The notes beneath the pieces were generated by a model. That model saw nothing but the letters and a program-made list of their open reading frames with translations. It was not told where the DNA came from and ran no database searches. 64,000 bases of DNA, taken from positions 2,069-66,068 of IMG/VR virus record IMGVR_UViG_2724679705_000002; one strand, 5' to 3'. This stretch comes from a virus. Lineage: Duplodnaviria > Caudoviricetes. Positions 1 through 10,389 of this stretch are shown piece by piece (the stretch's first letter is position 1; each line of letters starts with the position of its first letter). A program made the translations under genes and the position numbers.

Positions 1-3000
1 AGCGGTGCGCCCCAATCGGCGGTCTGCTGAGCGGTGGTGTAGAGGACGGAGGGCGTGCTGCTGGTCAGCGTCCGCTTGATCGCAGCGCCGTCGAGGATCT
101 GGAGGTCGTAGGACTCAACGTCTTCAGCGAGCGGCACCTCGACCTGTTCCCAGGCATCGGCCACCAGCGCGCGGGATCGGCGCGTCCAACGGATGGTCAG
201 ATCGCCCGGGTTGCGGGCCGTTCGCCACGGCTGATCGACATGGACCGGGGCGAAGGGAACAAGGCCCCGGCCGGTCGGTGTGAAGTCCAGCGCGGCGTAA
301 CTAGCGTCGCTCACTGCCCGTGCAGCCGGACCCACGCGCCAATTCCACGGCAGTCCGAGATCAGCCTCGGCGATGGGCAGCGAAGACAGCGCTGTGTCGA
401 GGACCACGACCCGCGCCCCCGCGGGCGCCGTGTTACCCATCGCATGTTCCGTCCCGCGCTGGCCGCGTAGGAGGCGGGTCAGGCGGTACCGGCCGGGTGC
501 GATCAGCTCAGCCTGACCCGCCTGCACGATCTCCCATTGGCCAGCGGCGCTCTCGACCGCCAGCGCATTCGCCCCGCCAAACAGCGCGACATCGGTCACG
601 CTTTCCAGCGTCCCGGACAGCAGATCGACCACCAGAGCGTTGCCCAGATCGAAGCGCGAGGTCGGCCCCGGAAAGAGGTCGAAGGCCAGCGTGCCGATCC
701 GCGCCCGACTGCCGAAGGTGGTGAGCAGATTGAACCCATCCGTCGAGGCGCTGCGGAAGACGGCGATCTCGCCGGGCCAGGGGCTGGCATGGGCGGCGAT
801 CAGGGGGCGATGGGCGGGCTGGTCCTCGGAAATCTGCGGCAAATCCAGCATCACCACCTCGGGCGTGCCGAAGACGACGGGGCTGGCGAGCGACGCGGGC
901 CGTGGATCACCGGGCGGCAGATCGTAGGCCGCACGGTCCTGACGCACCGCCTCGATCCCGCGCGCTTCGGCATCGGCGACTGACACCAGCCGGAACTCGA
1001 CCTCCCGGCCGTCATGCGCGAGCCGGATGACATCGGCAGGGTCCAGCGCCAACCGCGAGGGCGGCAGACGGAAGGTGGCGCTTTCCCGGCCGATCCACGC
1101 CTCCATCAGTGCTCGGCGGCAGCGGCGTTCGGCCTCCTCGGGCGGGATCGCCATGGGGAAGGACTCGGAAGCGATGCGCGTGGTGTCGACCGTGATGCGG
1201 CGCGCTTCCATCAGCGCCGCGTCATAGTCCTCATCCGCCCGGGCGACCTGCCACTTCAGGGACTGGGGCAGTTCGGTCTCCTGCGCGCGGACCAGTTCCA
1301 GCGCCTCGCCTTCCCTGCTGGCGACCAGATCATCCACCGCGAGGGTGAGGCTGGATGCCCGACCGCGCATGACGAAGCGGATCATGCCCTCGGTCTCGAT
1401 GGCGTCGAACCCGAAATGCCGGGCCAGCGTGGAAATCGACGCGCGGGGGCTTTCCAGCGCGCCGATCACATAGCCCTCGACCGCGCCCCAGAGGCCAGAG
1501 ACGTCGATGAGGTCTTCCGCCAACCCCGCACGCAGGCAAAGGTGGCGCACCAGCGCGGCGAGCGACACCGCGCCCAGCCGTCCGGTCAGCCAATGCCCGA
1601 GCCGCCAGTTCGGCCCGTCTGTCCAGATGCCGGTCAGTTCGGGGAAGAAGGGATAGGGCCGCGCGTCCCAGGTCCAGGCGGCGCATTCCGGAACATGGAC
1701 CATCCGGCCGCCGTAGATGGATGAGGTCGGGTTGTTCGCCCCTTGGCCCCACCAGAGGTAACTGGCCTCGAGATAGGCACGCTGGATCGTGTCATCTCGC
1801 CAGCCACGGGAGAAGTATGGGGTGAAGCTCTCGGAGGACTTGGGGTCGAAGAACACGTTCGGCTGGTTGGTGCCCCTGTCGATGGCCGGGCAGCCGAGTT
1901 CCGTGAACCAGACGGGCTTCGATTGCGGCACCCATGCGGTCGGCGTGCCGCTTTCCACCCCGCCCGGCCGGTTGAAATGCGCGTTCGACCACCAGGCGCG
2001 CAAGTCCTTGTAGCGGAAGACCCACGGCTTGCCTGCGGCTCCGTCGGTGATGGGTGTCCGCAATTGCGCCGACCGGTCGGCCGCCGAAGCATAGAACCAG
2101 TCGAAGCCTTCGCCGCCTGCGATGTTGGCCTGCAGATAGCCGCGATCATGGATCGCGGGCCAACCCTGCAGCGCATCGGCATGGTCGAAGCCGTCGCGCC
2201 AGTCCGACAGCGGCATGTAGTTGTCGATGCCGATGAAATCGATGTTGGCGTCCGACCACAGCGCGTCGAGATGGAAGAACACATCCCCCGTGCCGTCCCC
2301 CGGCTGATGGCCGAAGTATTCCGACCAATCGGAGGCGTAACCCACCTTGGTCCCCGGCCCGAGGATCGCCTTCACATCCGCTGCCAGCGCCTTGAAGGCG
2401 GTGACGGCGGGATAGGCACTGGCGCTGGAGCGGATCGTGGTCAGCCCGCGCATCTCGGTCCCGATCAGGAAGGCATCGACCCCGCCCGCGACCGCGCAGA
2501 GATGGGCGTAGTGCAGGATCATCCGCCGCAGGCCCCAGTCGCCGGAGGGGCCGGTCCAGCTGACGGTGTCGCCCGACACCGAGAACTGCGCCGGGGTCGC
2601 CACGCCGAAGAAGGCCGAGACCTGCGTTGCGGCGGCGGCGGTCTTGTCGGTGGTCCCGACATAGCCTGCCGCCGGGGAACAGGTGATCCGGCCGCGCCAG
2701 GGGAAACTCGGCTGGCCCGGCGTCGCGGCATTCGCGCTGTAGGGGTTCGGCAGGGTATTGCCGGGCGGGACGTCCATCAGAAGGAACGGATAGAACGTCA
2801 CCCGCAGCCCGCGAGCCTTCATCTCGCGGATCGCCTGCACCACGGCAAAGTCGGCAGGCGTGCCGCCATAGACTGGCCTATCCTCGACGTCGCGACTGAC
2901 GAGATGGGCTGCAGCGCGGGAGACCCCGTTGACCGCCCAGACCTTGGGGCTGGTGACCTTGGTCGCCACCTCCACGCCGGGCTTGATGGTGCAGTTGCCC

Positions 3001-3908
3001 GCGCGCAGATCGTTGCCGAACCAGGCGACGACGAGGCTGACGCTTTCGACGGCCGGGGCCATGGCCCGCAGCCGATCGAGGGCCACGACGATATCGGCTT
3101 CATCCGGCAAGGCGTTCAGGTTCTCGGTCGAGGTGGTGCCGCCGGTCGTCTGGCCGAACACTGTGGTCGTGGCCCCGACTGTCTTGCGGACAGCCTCGGT
3201 CGCATAGGTGAACTCGCCCGAGGCCGGGATCATGGTCACCGCCTTGACCAGCCCTTCGGCGGTGTCGGGATCCGCGAGCGGCCGGAACACCTCGAATGAA
3301 AGCTGCGGCAGGCGGTTGCCGTAGGTGGCAAGCGCCAGTTCCTCGAAGACGACATAGGCGGTGCCGCGATAGGCGGGGTTGTTGGCGGCGCCCATCTTGG
3401 CGGCAATGAAAGGATCGACCGCCTGGTTCTCGTTCCCTGGATACCAGCGCCAGGTGATCCCCGTCATGTCGAGCGGCTTTCCGTCGGCCCAGATGCGGCC
3501 GATGCCGGTGATCGGCCCTTCGCAGAGCGCTACGGCGAAGCTGGCGTAGTAGAGGTATTCGGTGGTCTGGACCCTCCCGCCGCCGCCACCCTTGCCGCCG
3601 CCTTGCGTCGTGGTCTTGGTCTCCTCGCGGAAATCGGTCGCCCAGATGATGTTGCCACCAATGCGCATGCGGCCATAGAGCCGCGGGATGATCGCGCCTT
3701 CCGCAGCCGAGGTGATGCGCAAGCTGTCGAGGCGCTGGCCCTCGATCTTCTGCGCGGGGGCCAGCGAGGACACGATCCAGCTGTCCACCACCGACCCGAT
3801 GGTGGAGCCGATGAAGCCACCGATGGCTGCGCCAGAGAAGCCGATGATCGCGCCGCCGAAGGCTCCGCCGATGGCGGAACCGACAGCACCTAGGACAAGC
3901 GTCGCCAT
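1..3908 (-). CDS. GTA g15-like baseplate/host-specificity 'megatron' tail protein (runs off the window edge; missing from ORF track)
   Basis: Read by hand from ATG at 3908: MATLVLGAVGSAIGG...IPRLYGRMRIGGNIIWATDF...YASFAVALCEGPITGIGRIWADG, the typical g15 N-terminus; follows NlpC/P60. Confidence 0.9.
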   Translation of the reverse strand, partial: MATLVLGAVGSAIGGAFGGAIIGFSGAAIGGFIGSTIGSVVDSWIVSSLAPAQKIEGQRLDSLRITSAAEGAIIPRLYGRMRIGGNIIWATDFREETKTTTQGGGKGGGGGRVQTTEYLYYASFAVALCEGPITGIGRIWADGKPLDMTGITWRWYPGNENQAVDPFIAAKMGAANNPAYRGTAYVVFEELALATYGNRLPQLSFEVFRPLADPDTAEGLVKAVTMIPASGEFTYATEAVRKTVGATTTVFGQTTGGTTSTENLNALPDEADIVVALDRLRAMAPAVESVSLVVAWFGNDLRAGNCTIKPGVEVATKVTSPKVWAVNGVSRAAAHLVSRDVEDRPVYGGTPADFAVVQAIREMKARGLRVTFYPFLLMDVPPGNTLPNPYSANAATPGQPSFPWRGRITCSPAAGYVGTTDKTAAAATQVSAFFGVATPAQFSVSGDTVSWTGPSGDWGLRRMILHYAHLCAVAGGVDAFLIGTEMRGLTTIRSSASAYPAVTAFKALAADVKAILGPGTKVGYASDWSEYFGHQPGDGTGDVFFHLDALWSDANIDFIGIDNYMPLSDWRDGFDHADALQGWPAIHDRGYLQANIAGGEGFDWFYASAADRSAQLRTPITDGAAGKPWVFRYKDLRAWWSNAHFNRPGGVESGTPTAWVPQSKPVWFTELGCPAIDRGTNQPNVFFDPKSSESFTPYFSRGWRDDTIQRAYLEASYLWWGQGANNPTSSIYGGRMVHVPECAAWTWDARPYPFFPELTGIWTDGPNWRLGHWLTGRLGAVSLAALVRHLCLRAGLAEDLIDVSGLWGAVEGYVIGALESPRASISTLARHFGFDAIETEGMIRFVMRGRASSLTLAVDDLVASREGEALELVRAQETELPQSLKWQVARADEDYDAALMEARRITVDTTRIASESFPMAIPPEEAERRCRRALMEAWIGRESATFRLPPSRLALDPADVIRLAHDGREVEFRLVSVADAEARGIEAVRQDRAAYDLPPGDPRPASLASPVVFGTPEVVMLDLPQISEDQPAHRPLIAAHASPWPGEIAVFRSASTDGFNLLTTFGSRARIGTLAFDLFPGPTSRFDLGNALVVDLLSGTLESVTDVALFGGANALAVESAAGQWEIVQAGQAELIAPGRYRLTRLLRGQRGTEHAMGNTAPAGARVVVLDTALSSLPIAEADLGLPWNWRVGPAARAVSDASYAALDFTPTGRGLVPFAPVHVDQPWRTARNPGDLTIRWTRRSRALVADAWEQVEVPLAEDVESYDLQILDGAAIKRTLTSSTPSVLYTTAQQTADWGAP

Positions 3909-3917
3909 GGGAAAATC

Positions 3918-4364
3918 TCAGCGTGCAGGAAACAGGAAGGCGAAGGCGATGCGGCGTCGCCAGGAGGGGGATAGCGGTTCCTCGATCACGCCGAGGCGTT
4001 CGTAGGCGTGAAGGAAGGTGCCGGGACCGGTGAGGATCCCCACATGCTTGGCGATGGCGCGGGGCACCATCCGGAAGAGGATCAGCGCACCGGGCGGCGC
4101 ATCTGCGGGTGCGATCTCGGGCATCATCGCCCGCGCCCCATCGGCCAGCACCTCGCGCGGCCCGGTCTCGCCCCAATCCCGGCTGTAGGGCAGGATCGGA
4201 AATGGCTCCGGCCCTACCACCTCGCGCCAGACGCCGCGCGCAAGGCCGAGGCAGTCGCAGCCGACCCCGCGCAAACTGGCCTGGTCGTGGTACGGCGTGC
4301 CGAGCCACGACCGCGCGACGGCGATGACAAGAGCGGGATCAGCGGTCCGGTGTGATAGGGTCAC
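3918..4364 (-). CDS. NlpC/P60 family phage cell-wall peptidase (GTA g14-like)
   Basis: ARSWLGTPY..QAS..GVGCDCLGL and KHVGI motifs; position in tail module. Confidence 0.92.
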   Translation of the reverse strand: MTLSHRTADPALVIAVARSWLGTPYHDQASLRGVGCDCLGLARGVWREVVGPEPFPILPYSRDWGETGPREVLADGARAMMPEIAPADAPPGALILFRMVPRAIAKHVGILTGPGTFLHAYERLGVIEEPLSPSWRRRIAFAFLFPAR

Positions 4365-5245
4365 AGCACCGCCCCCTCATGGCCGCCATCCTTGGTGGCG
4401 TAGCGAAGGACTGTGTCTTGCCCTGGGATGTGCGGGAAACCCCGGAAGTTGGCGACATTGGCGAACTTCGCGCTGCAGGTCGCGATCCGCTTGTCGCAAC
4501 CCGCCTGGACCACGAAGGCGTCCGTCGCCATGATCGGGCGCACCGGCGCTTCGAGCAGGGTCAGGATCGCCACCCCGTCGACGAGGTCGTGCGACAGCAC
4601 CTCGACCCGCCGCCCGGCATTCGCACCTGTCGACCATGCGACGAGGCCGAAGGCAAACCAGCCCGCCGCGAATGTGCTGAGGCCGGAGGCCGTGAAGGCC
4701 CGGTCGCGCAGCACATCGATCACCGCGCCGGACCCCTTGAAGGCCGCGGCCTCGAGGTTCACGCCGCAGCGCACATCGCCCAGCGCCGCATCGCAGCTTG
4801 CCTGAAACGTCCGCCCGACCGTCTGTCCGAGGACATGGGCGAGGCTGCGCACCTCGGCCACAAAGGCGAGCCGCCCGCGCCGGATCTGGCCGATGGCCCC
4901 GCGCCGAAGGAGTACGCGCTGCGCCGGTGCCGACCAGTTCACGCGCCAGACCTCGACCGCTGCATTGTCCCATCGGCCGTCGAGGATGTCGGTCTCGGTG
5001 ATGCGGCTCGACGACAGCACGCCTTGCGCGTCCTGCGCGTCGACCGAGAGGTCAGAGCCGGATCGAACCTCGGAAGCGGTCAGCCCGCTTTCCGGTTCGA
5101 ACTCGGTGCCGTCGAACGACAAGGTCCGGTCGTGGTCCGTGAAGCCGAAGGTCACGCCATCGGCGCGGCTGATCCGCCAGCACCAGGCAAGCGTTGTCGT
5201 GCCGTCGTCGAGATGGGCCTGCAGCGCAGGGTTCAGGGACTTCAT
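4361..5245 (-). CDS. DUF2163 baseplate hub protein (GTA g13-like)
   Basis: True start MKSLNPALQAHLDDGTTTLAWCWRI at 5245; GFTDHD, CDA.LGD.RC, GCDK and NFRGFPHIPG motifs. Confidence 0.9.
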   Translation of the reverse strand: MKSLNPALQAHLDDGTTTLAWCWRISRADGVTFGFTDHDRTLSFDGTEFEPESGLTASEVRSGSDLSVDAQDAQGVLSSSRITETDILDGRWDNAAVEVWRVNWSAPAQRVLLRRGAIGQIRRGRLAFVAEVRSLAHVLGQTVGRTFQASCDAALGDVRCGVNLEAAAFKGSGAVIDVLRDRAFTASGLSTFAAGWFAFGLVAWSTGANAGRRVEVLSHDLVDGVAILTLLEAPVRPIMATDAFVVQAGCDKRIATCSAKFANVANFRGFPHIPGQDTVLRYATKDGGHEGAVL

Positions 5246-5868
5246 GTGCGGATTTCCACGAGAGGGATCGAGGTGATCGAGCCGAGCCGTTCGAGATCGA
5301 GGGTGACGTCGAGGGCGTCTGTGTCGAAGCGGACGGGGACGTCGAATTCGAAGCCTGCGGTGATGGCCACGCCCAAGGCCGGGGCGGTGGTGAAGGTAAT
5401 GAGGCCGGTTGAGGTGGAAACCGACCAGCCGGAGGCTTGGGGCGTGCCGTTCAGGGCGATGGTCACCGTTCCGGTGACGGGCTTGGTGATGGCCCGCGTC
5501 CAGGACTGCGCGCCCGACGTGTAGCGCTTGGTGAGCTGGAACAGGGTCGTCGTCCCGTTGCCGGTGCCGATGGGTTGATCGCTTGGCCCCGGCGTCTGTG
5601 ATGGCAGGCTGGACTTGAAATCGGCCCAGTCCTTGAAACGGAAGCCGTGCAGGCGGCCGTTGCGGGCCTCGAAGAAGGCGACGACCGCCGCCAGATCGTC
5701 GGCGCGGCGGATGCCATAGGCCACGTCGTAGCGGCGGCGGCTGTTGGCCCAGCTCGCATTGCGTTCCTCGGCCCCGCTTGCCAGTTCGACGATCTGGGTG
5801 CGCCGCTCGGGGCCGCCGCGCGCGCCCCGGCTGATGTTGTCCGGAAACCTGACCTCGTGAAACGCCAT
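5242..5868 (-). CDS. DUF2460 distal tail protein (GTA g12-like)
   Basis: MAFHEVRFPDNISRGARGGPERRT...GFEFDVPVRFDTD. Confidence 0.92.
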   Translation of the reverse strand: MAFHEVRFPDNISRGARGGPERRTQIVELASGAEERNASWANSRRRYDVAYGIRRADDLAAVVAFFEARNGRLHGFRFKDWADFKSSLPSQTPGPSDQPIGTGNGTTTLFQLTKRYTSGAQSWTRAITKPVTGTVTIALNGTPQASGWSVSTSTGLITFTTAPALGVAITAGFEFDVPVRFDTDALDVTLDLERLGSITSIPLVEIRT

Positions 5869-8330
5869 CACATCCCCCTCCGGCCCAGCGAAACGGCTCG
5901 GGCGATATCGCTGGCCACCTGCGTGCGCGATTGGCGGAAGCTCTCGGCGTCGCGGGCGTTGATCGTGACATTGACGGTCGACGCGCCCGCCTGGCCGTAC
6001 CCCGCCGCCTCGCGCCGGGAGAGAACCCGCTCGCCGCGCTGCAGGATCGCGGGCACCTCGTCGGGCCGCAGCCCAGCCCAACCGCCGTTATGCATGCGAG
6101 GGGCATGGGCGAAGGCCAGCGCCGGGACCATCCGGCCGGGACCGGGCGCGCCGACCATCCCGCCCGTGTGCAGGATGTTGGCGAAGATGCCACCCGCACC
6201 GCCCAGCGCGCCGGAAAGGGCATTGGCGATGGGGCCGAGGATGAAACGACGAGCCGCGAGCTTGGCGAGATCGGCGATCATCGAGGTGACCAGATCGCGG
6301 AAGTCGAGCTTGCCGGTCTTCACGAAGTCGCCGATGGCGTCCTCGGCGCTCTGGAACGCGCCCACCAGCGCGCTGCCGATATCCCCGCCGATGTCGCGCG
6401 CCTTGGCGGCGTAGTCGGCCAAAGCAGCGGTGACCGCAGCCCAACCGGTGGCGGCCTGGTCGGCCCCGTCCGCCGCCGCAGCCCCAGCATCCCGCGCGGC
6501 GGCCCCGGCACCTCCGGCAGCTTCGGTGGTCTCACCCAGTTCGTTGTTCAGGGCATCAGCTGAAGCAGCCGCATCCGCCAGCGCGGTCTCGGCCTCGGTC
6601 CCTGTTCCGTTCACTGCATCCTTCAGCGCCTGCCAGCTGGCGAGCGGCCGACCGGCGGCGTCAGCCAGCATCCCTGCCGCTTCGCGATAGCCATCCGCCC
6701 GGGCGCGGGCGTCGTCGGCCATGGCACCGAGCCCGAGATCGGGCGGCTCGAGGTAGGTCCGCGACAGCGCTGCCGAGAAGGCATCGGCGGCGGCGGCACC
6801 TGCAGCGGTCGCGGCGCCCTCGAAGGGGTTGCCGATGCGGCCGAGTTCCACCGGGTCGAGGATGCCGATCCGCACGCCACCTTCGCCTGTCGCCCATTCC
6901 GGCAGCAAGGCCAGCGCCGCGTTCAGGGTCGCGATGAAGCTGTTGATCCGGGTGACGACGCCGTTCAGCATCGCCTCGACACCAGAGATCAGCCCGTTCG
7001 CGGCCTGGAAGGCGAAGTCGCCGATGGCGCCGGGCAGGCTGCCCCAGATCGCGACCGCCGCGTCGTAGGCACCCTGGAAGATCGCCGCCGTCCGGTCACC
7101 GAAGCTGACCACGCCTGCGATGGTGCCCTCGAGGGCCGAGAGGCCGGCCGCTTTCAGCCCCTCCCATCCGGCCGCCATGCGCGCCAGCGCCGCGTCGAGT
7201 GACAGGCCAATGCGGGACCAGACTTCGCGGGCCAGATCGCCGAGGAGGCGAAACGCCTCGCCCACCCCGCCGACCCGGGCCACCAGCTGCGAGAACTGGT
7301 AGACTAGCTCGCCCGCGCCAACGATCAGCGCACCGATGCCGGTGCGGATAAGGGCGCCGCGCAGGAACACGAGCGCCGTGGCCAGGCCGCGCACCGACAG
7401 GGCCGCGGCGGCGAGACCCGCCACCCACCGCCCGGCCATGACGGCCGCGAAGGTCGCCGCATAGGACGCCAGGCGTCCAAGGTTGCCGATCAACCCGTCG
7501 ATGGCCGAGCGCAGGACGCCACCATCGGAGGCGAGGGCCACGAAGGCATTGGCCAGCGCCTCGATCGTCGGGGCCATGGCGACGGCGATGCGGTTCCGGA
7601 GACCATCGAACACGAGGGATACGGTGCCCAGCGCCAGTTGCGTGCGGCGCAGGGCTTCGAGCGCGTCACCGTCCAGAACCGCACCCAAATCGGAGGCCTG
7701 GTCGCCAAGCCGCGCCATTTCTGCCCCACCATTGCGCAGGAGCGGCAGGAGGCGGGTCGCGTCCGAGGCCATGGCCTCGAGATAGAAGGTCATCTCCTGC
7801 TGGCTGAGACCGGCGCGTTCCAGCGTGTCGACGTAGAGTTGCAGCGCCTCGGGGCCGGAGAGGCGCGCGAACTGGTCGGCGGTGACACCGACCCTCGGGG
7901 CCACGTTCTCGAAGAAATCCGCCATCGGCCCGCCGCCGGTCTGGAGGAAGTCGCCCACCCGGTCGTTCACGTCCTTCAGGATGTCGGCCAGCTTCTCCTG
8001 CTCGATGCCCACCGTCCTCGCGCCAGCCGACCAGCGCTGCAGCGCCTCGGGCGTGGCATTGGCAACCTGCGCGAACTGCCGGATCTGCGCGGCACTCTCG
8101 GCGGTGGAGCGGACGATCAGCCCTAGTGAGGCCGTGGCGGCGGCAGCGGCGGCCCCAAGGGCAAGGCCCGCCCGGCGCGCAAAGGCGGCAAGCCTGGTGT
8201 TCGCCAGTTCCATCTCGCGCGACAGGCGACCGAAGCCACGGGCCCCGGCCTCACCGACCCCTTCCAGTTCGGCGCGCACGCGGCGTCCGCCCTCCGCCAC
8301 GAGGCGGACGGAGACCTTCTTCTCAGCCAT
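5868..8330 (-). CDS. Tape measure protein
   Basis: 820 aa, Ala/Gly-rich helical; directly downstream of the tail chaperone. Confidence 0.9.
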   Translation of the reverse strand: MAEKKVSVRLVAEGGRRVRAELEGVGEAGARGFGRLSREMELANTRLAAFARRAGLALGAAAAAATASLGLIVRSTAESAAQIRQFAQVANATPEALQRWSAGARTVGIEQEKLADILKDVNDRVGDFLQTGGGPMADFFENVAPRVGVTADQFARLSGPEALQLYVDTLERAGLSQQEMTFYLEAMASDATRLLPLLRNGGAEMARLGDQASDLGAVLDGDALEALRRTQLALGTVSLVFDGLRNRIAVAMAPTIEALANAFVALASDGGVLRSAIDGLIGNLGRLASYAATFAAVMAGRWVAGLAAAALSVRGLATALVFLRGALIRTGIGALIVGAGELVYQFSQLVARVGGVGEAFRLLGDLAREVWSRIGLSLDAALARMAAGWEGLKAAGLSALEGTIAGVVSFGDRTAAIFQGAYDAAVAIWGSLPGAIGDFAFQAANGLISGVEAMLNGVVTRINSFIATLNAALALLPEWATGEGGVRIGILDPVELGRIGNPFEGAATAAGAAAADAFSAALSRTYLEPPDLGLGAMADDARARADGYREAAGMLADAAGRPLASWQALKDAVNGTGTEAETALADAAASADALNNELGETTEAAGGAGAAARDAGAAAADGADQAATGWAAVTAALADYAAKARDIGGDIGSALVGAFQSAEDAIGDFVKTGKLDFRDLVTSMIADLAKLAARRFILGPIANALSGALGGAGGIFANILHTGGMVGAPGPGRMVPALAFAHAPRMHNGGWAGLRPDEVPAILQRGERVLSRREAAGYGQAGASTVNVTINARDAESFRQSRTQVASDIARAVSLGRRGM

Positions 8331-8648
8331 TCCGGCGTCCTTCCATCTGCTCGTTGAGTTTGAGCACCATCACCGCCTCGATCTCGGGCAGCAGTTCGGC
8401 GGCGATCAGGGCATTGACGCCCAGCGCCTGTGCCAGTGCGAGGGCGGCCCCCATGTCCCATCCGATGACGGCACCCGGCGCGATGCGCAGCTGGCCGCCG
8501 AGGCGCTGGGTCAGGTCCCAGACCTGCCAGCCCTCGACGGTTTGCGGCCGGTTCAGTCTTGCGGGGCAGTCGGGGCAGGGGCCTGCGCAGGCCGCGCAGT
8601 AGCCGTCGCCCCCGCCGAAGGACCAGTCGGCGAGGGCGCGGAGGCGTT
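8323..8648 (-). CDS. -1 frameshift extension of tail assembly chaperone (lambda gpGT-like)
   Basis: After A AAA AAC (8652-8646) the -1 frame is open to TGA at 8325-8323: KRLRALADWSFGGGDGYCAACAGPCPDCP...EIEAVMVLKLNEQMEGRRNG*. Confidence 0.75.
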
Positions 8649-8990
8649 TTTTTCTGTGTCCAGCATCAGACCGCGGGCGACGTATTGCGCCTGGAAGGCT
8701 TCGAAGACCGGCCAGATTTCCAGCAGGGCGTCGATCCCGGCTGGGCTGACGGGTACGAGGTTGCCGTCATCGTCGCCGACGCCTTCCCATTCCAGGACCG
8801 CGCGGCGCGCGACCGCCTTGGCCATGGCGAGCGCCATGTCCTCCTGGCTGGAGCTGTCCGACAGGCCGTCCATCATGGGATCGGCGCGGGCGGAGACCAT
8901 CAGCGCAGTGGTCAAAGGGGCCACGAGGACGCGCAAGCCGGGCAGGAGGTCCAGCCATTCGGGCCGGTTCGACAGGTTCAGGCGGATCAT
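8553..8990 (-). CDS. Tail assembly chaperone (gpG-like)
   Basis: MIRLNLSNRPEWLDLLPG...; between tail tube and TMP; contains slippery site. Confidence 0.8.
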   Translation of the reverse strand: MIRLNLSNRPEWLDLLPGLRVLVAPLTTALMVSARADPMMDGLSDSSSQEDMALAMAKAVARRAVLEWEGVGDDDGNLVPVSPAGIDALLEIWPVFEAFQAQYVARGLMLDTEKNASAPSPTGPSAGATATARPAQAPAPTAPQD

Positions 8991-8992
8991 GG

Positions 8993-9931
8993 TCAGTATC
9001 CCGTGACGGTGTTGACGAGGACTGCAGTGCACATGCGGGCGGGGCTGGTGGCTTTCGCGGCCTGCCAGTCAAAGGTGGCCTGGATGCCCTGGGGCCCGGG
9101 GATCTCGATCCGCGGGACCGGCAGGTAGACGGCATGGGCCGTGAAGGTGAAACTGGCGTTCGCCCCGAGGCTGTAGGCGAACTCGAGCTCGCAGGGCGTG
9201 CCGTCGATGGCCTGGGTCACCAGCGCAGAGTCGGCGAACCGCACCTCGATCCGGCCGGTCAGGGCCGCCATGCCGGGATCGGCGCCCTCGATCTTGCCGT
9301 CGTTGCGGATGGTCTCGATCCGGTCGAGGCCGTTGGCATAGGTGATCTCGGCCGAGACGACATTGCCCAGCGCCGTGCCGTTGCGCTTCACCACCCCGTT
9401 GAAATGCCCGAAGCGCTGCAGGCCCAGCGCGGTGGGCGTCCCCGCGGCCGTGGTGGCCGCGATGGTCTCGCCCTGTGCGATCAGACGTGCGGTCGCCGTC
9501 AGCAGGCCCGAACGGTTCATCTGCCAGCTGAGCTGGTCCATCACGCAGCCCGCATACATCGCGAAGCGCGGCACCTCGGGCATCGCCACTTCGATGGCCA
9601 TCGAGGGCAGGGTCCAGTTGCCCGACTGGAAGGTGTGGGTCTTGGGAGTCGTCCCCGTCGTGGTCGGGGCGCCGAAGGCCGCCTTCAGCCAGAAGCCGAA
9701 AGCCTCCACATCGATCGGCACCACCACCTCGCCATCGGCGGTGACCGCGTCCTTGATCGGGGCCAGCGGATCGCGGCCATAGCCGAGCAGTTCGCTGTTC
9801 AGCAAGGGCTGTTCCGCGCCCAGCGTGGTCCGGGCGAAGGGCATCAGCCGATAGCCGCTGGCGGGCGGGGTGCCGTAGACGGTTTCGAACGCAAGCGCCA
9901 TCTGCGCCCGCGCGCCGTGTGCGCGTGCCAA
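8993..9931 (-). CDS. Major tail tube protein
   Basis: MARAHGARAQMALAFETVYG...; position upstream of chaperone. Confidence 0.85.
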   Translation of the reverse strand: MARAHGARAQMALAFETVYGTPPASGYRLMPFARTTLGAEQPLLNSELLGYGRDPLAPIKDAVTADGEVVVPIDVEAFGFWLKAAFGAPTTTGTTPKTHTFQSGNWTLPSMAIEVAMPEVPRFAMYAGCVMDQLSWQMNRSGLLTATARLIAQGETIAATTAAGTPTALGLQRFGHFNGVVKRNGTALGNVVSAEITYANGLDRIETIRNDGKIEGADPGMAALTGRIEVRFADSALVTQAIDGTPCELEFAYSLGANASFTFTAHAVYLPVPRIEIPGPQGIQATFDWQAAKATSPARMCTAVLVNTVTGY

Positions 9932-9954
9932 GGGGGTCTCCTATGTGGGGGATG

Positions 9955-10377
9955 TCAGGCCAGAGGGCCGGTGGTGGTGTAGTGCAGGACGACGGTGATC
10001 ACCGCCGCTTTCAGCGCCGCCGCGCCCTCGATGGGCAGATCGACCGAGGCCGGGGCATTCGGTTCCACCCAGTCACAGAGGCCGCCAAGGGTGCGGTCGG
10101 CTTCCAGCGCCCCGCCGATGGCGGCGATCAGGTCGTCGAAGGCGCTTGCCCGGTCGGTGCCCGCCTGGACGACGATCTCCAACTCGGCCCGGTGCTGGTA
10201 GTGATAGCGCAGGGGCGACAGAGTCACTTCCGGCTCACCCGGCTGGCCGTCGCGCAGGATGATCAGCCCGGCCGCCGGGATCCGTTCGGGCACGATCTCG
10301 TCACGCAGGGTGAGGGCGGCAAGCGGCTGCAGCCGCGCGAGCAGCGCGGTAAGGACGGTTTCGCGGGTGGTGGGCAT
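9955..10377 (-). CDS. Putative tail terminator/completion protein
   Basis: 140 aa, position before the tail tube gene. Confidence 0.65.
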   Translation of the reverse strand: MPTTRETVLTALLARLQPLAALTLRDEIVPERIPAAGLIILRDGQPGEPEVTLSPLRYHYQHRAELEIVVQAGTDRASAFDDLIAAIGGALEADRTLGGLCDWVEPNAPASVDLPIEGAAALKAAVITVVLHYTTTGPLA

Positions 10378-10389
10378 ACGCTATCTAAA

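Noticed and set aside
1014-3299. Long plus-strand ORFs (1014-1724, 1743-3299) and similar ones at 21104, 26676, 29849, 43845, 45758 and 52501
   Set aside because: Antisense shadows of real minus-strand genes in high-GC DNA; no motifs.
1-9931. Genuine gene transfer agent cluster
   Set aside because: Linked to an integrase, initiator, cos and lambda-type head; the behaviour expected is that of a prophage.
9955-10377. 'Acyl-CoA transferase' label that I recall being attached to this family
   Set aside because: No enzyme motifs; size and position fit a tail terminator.
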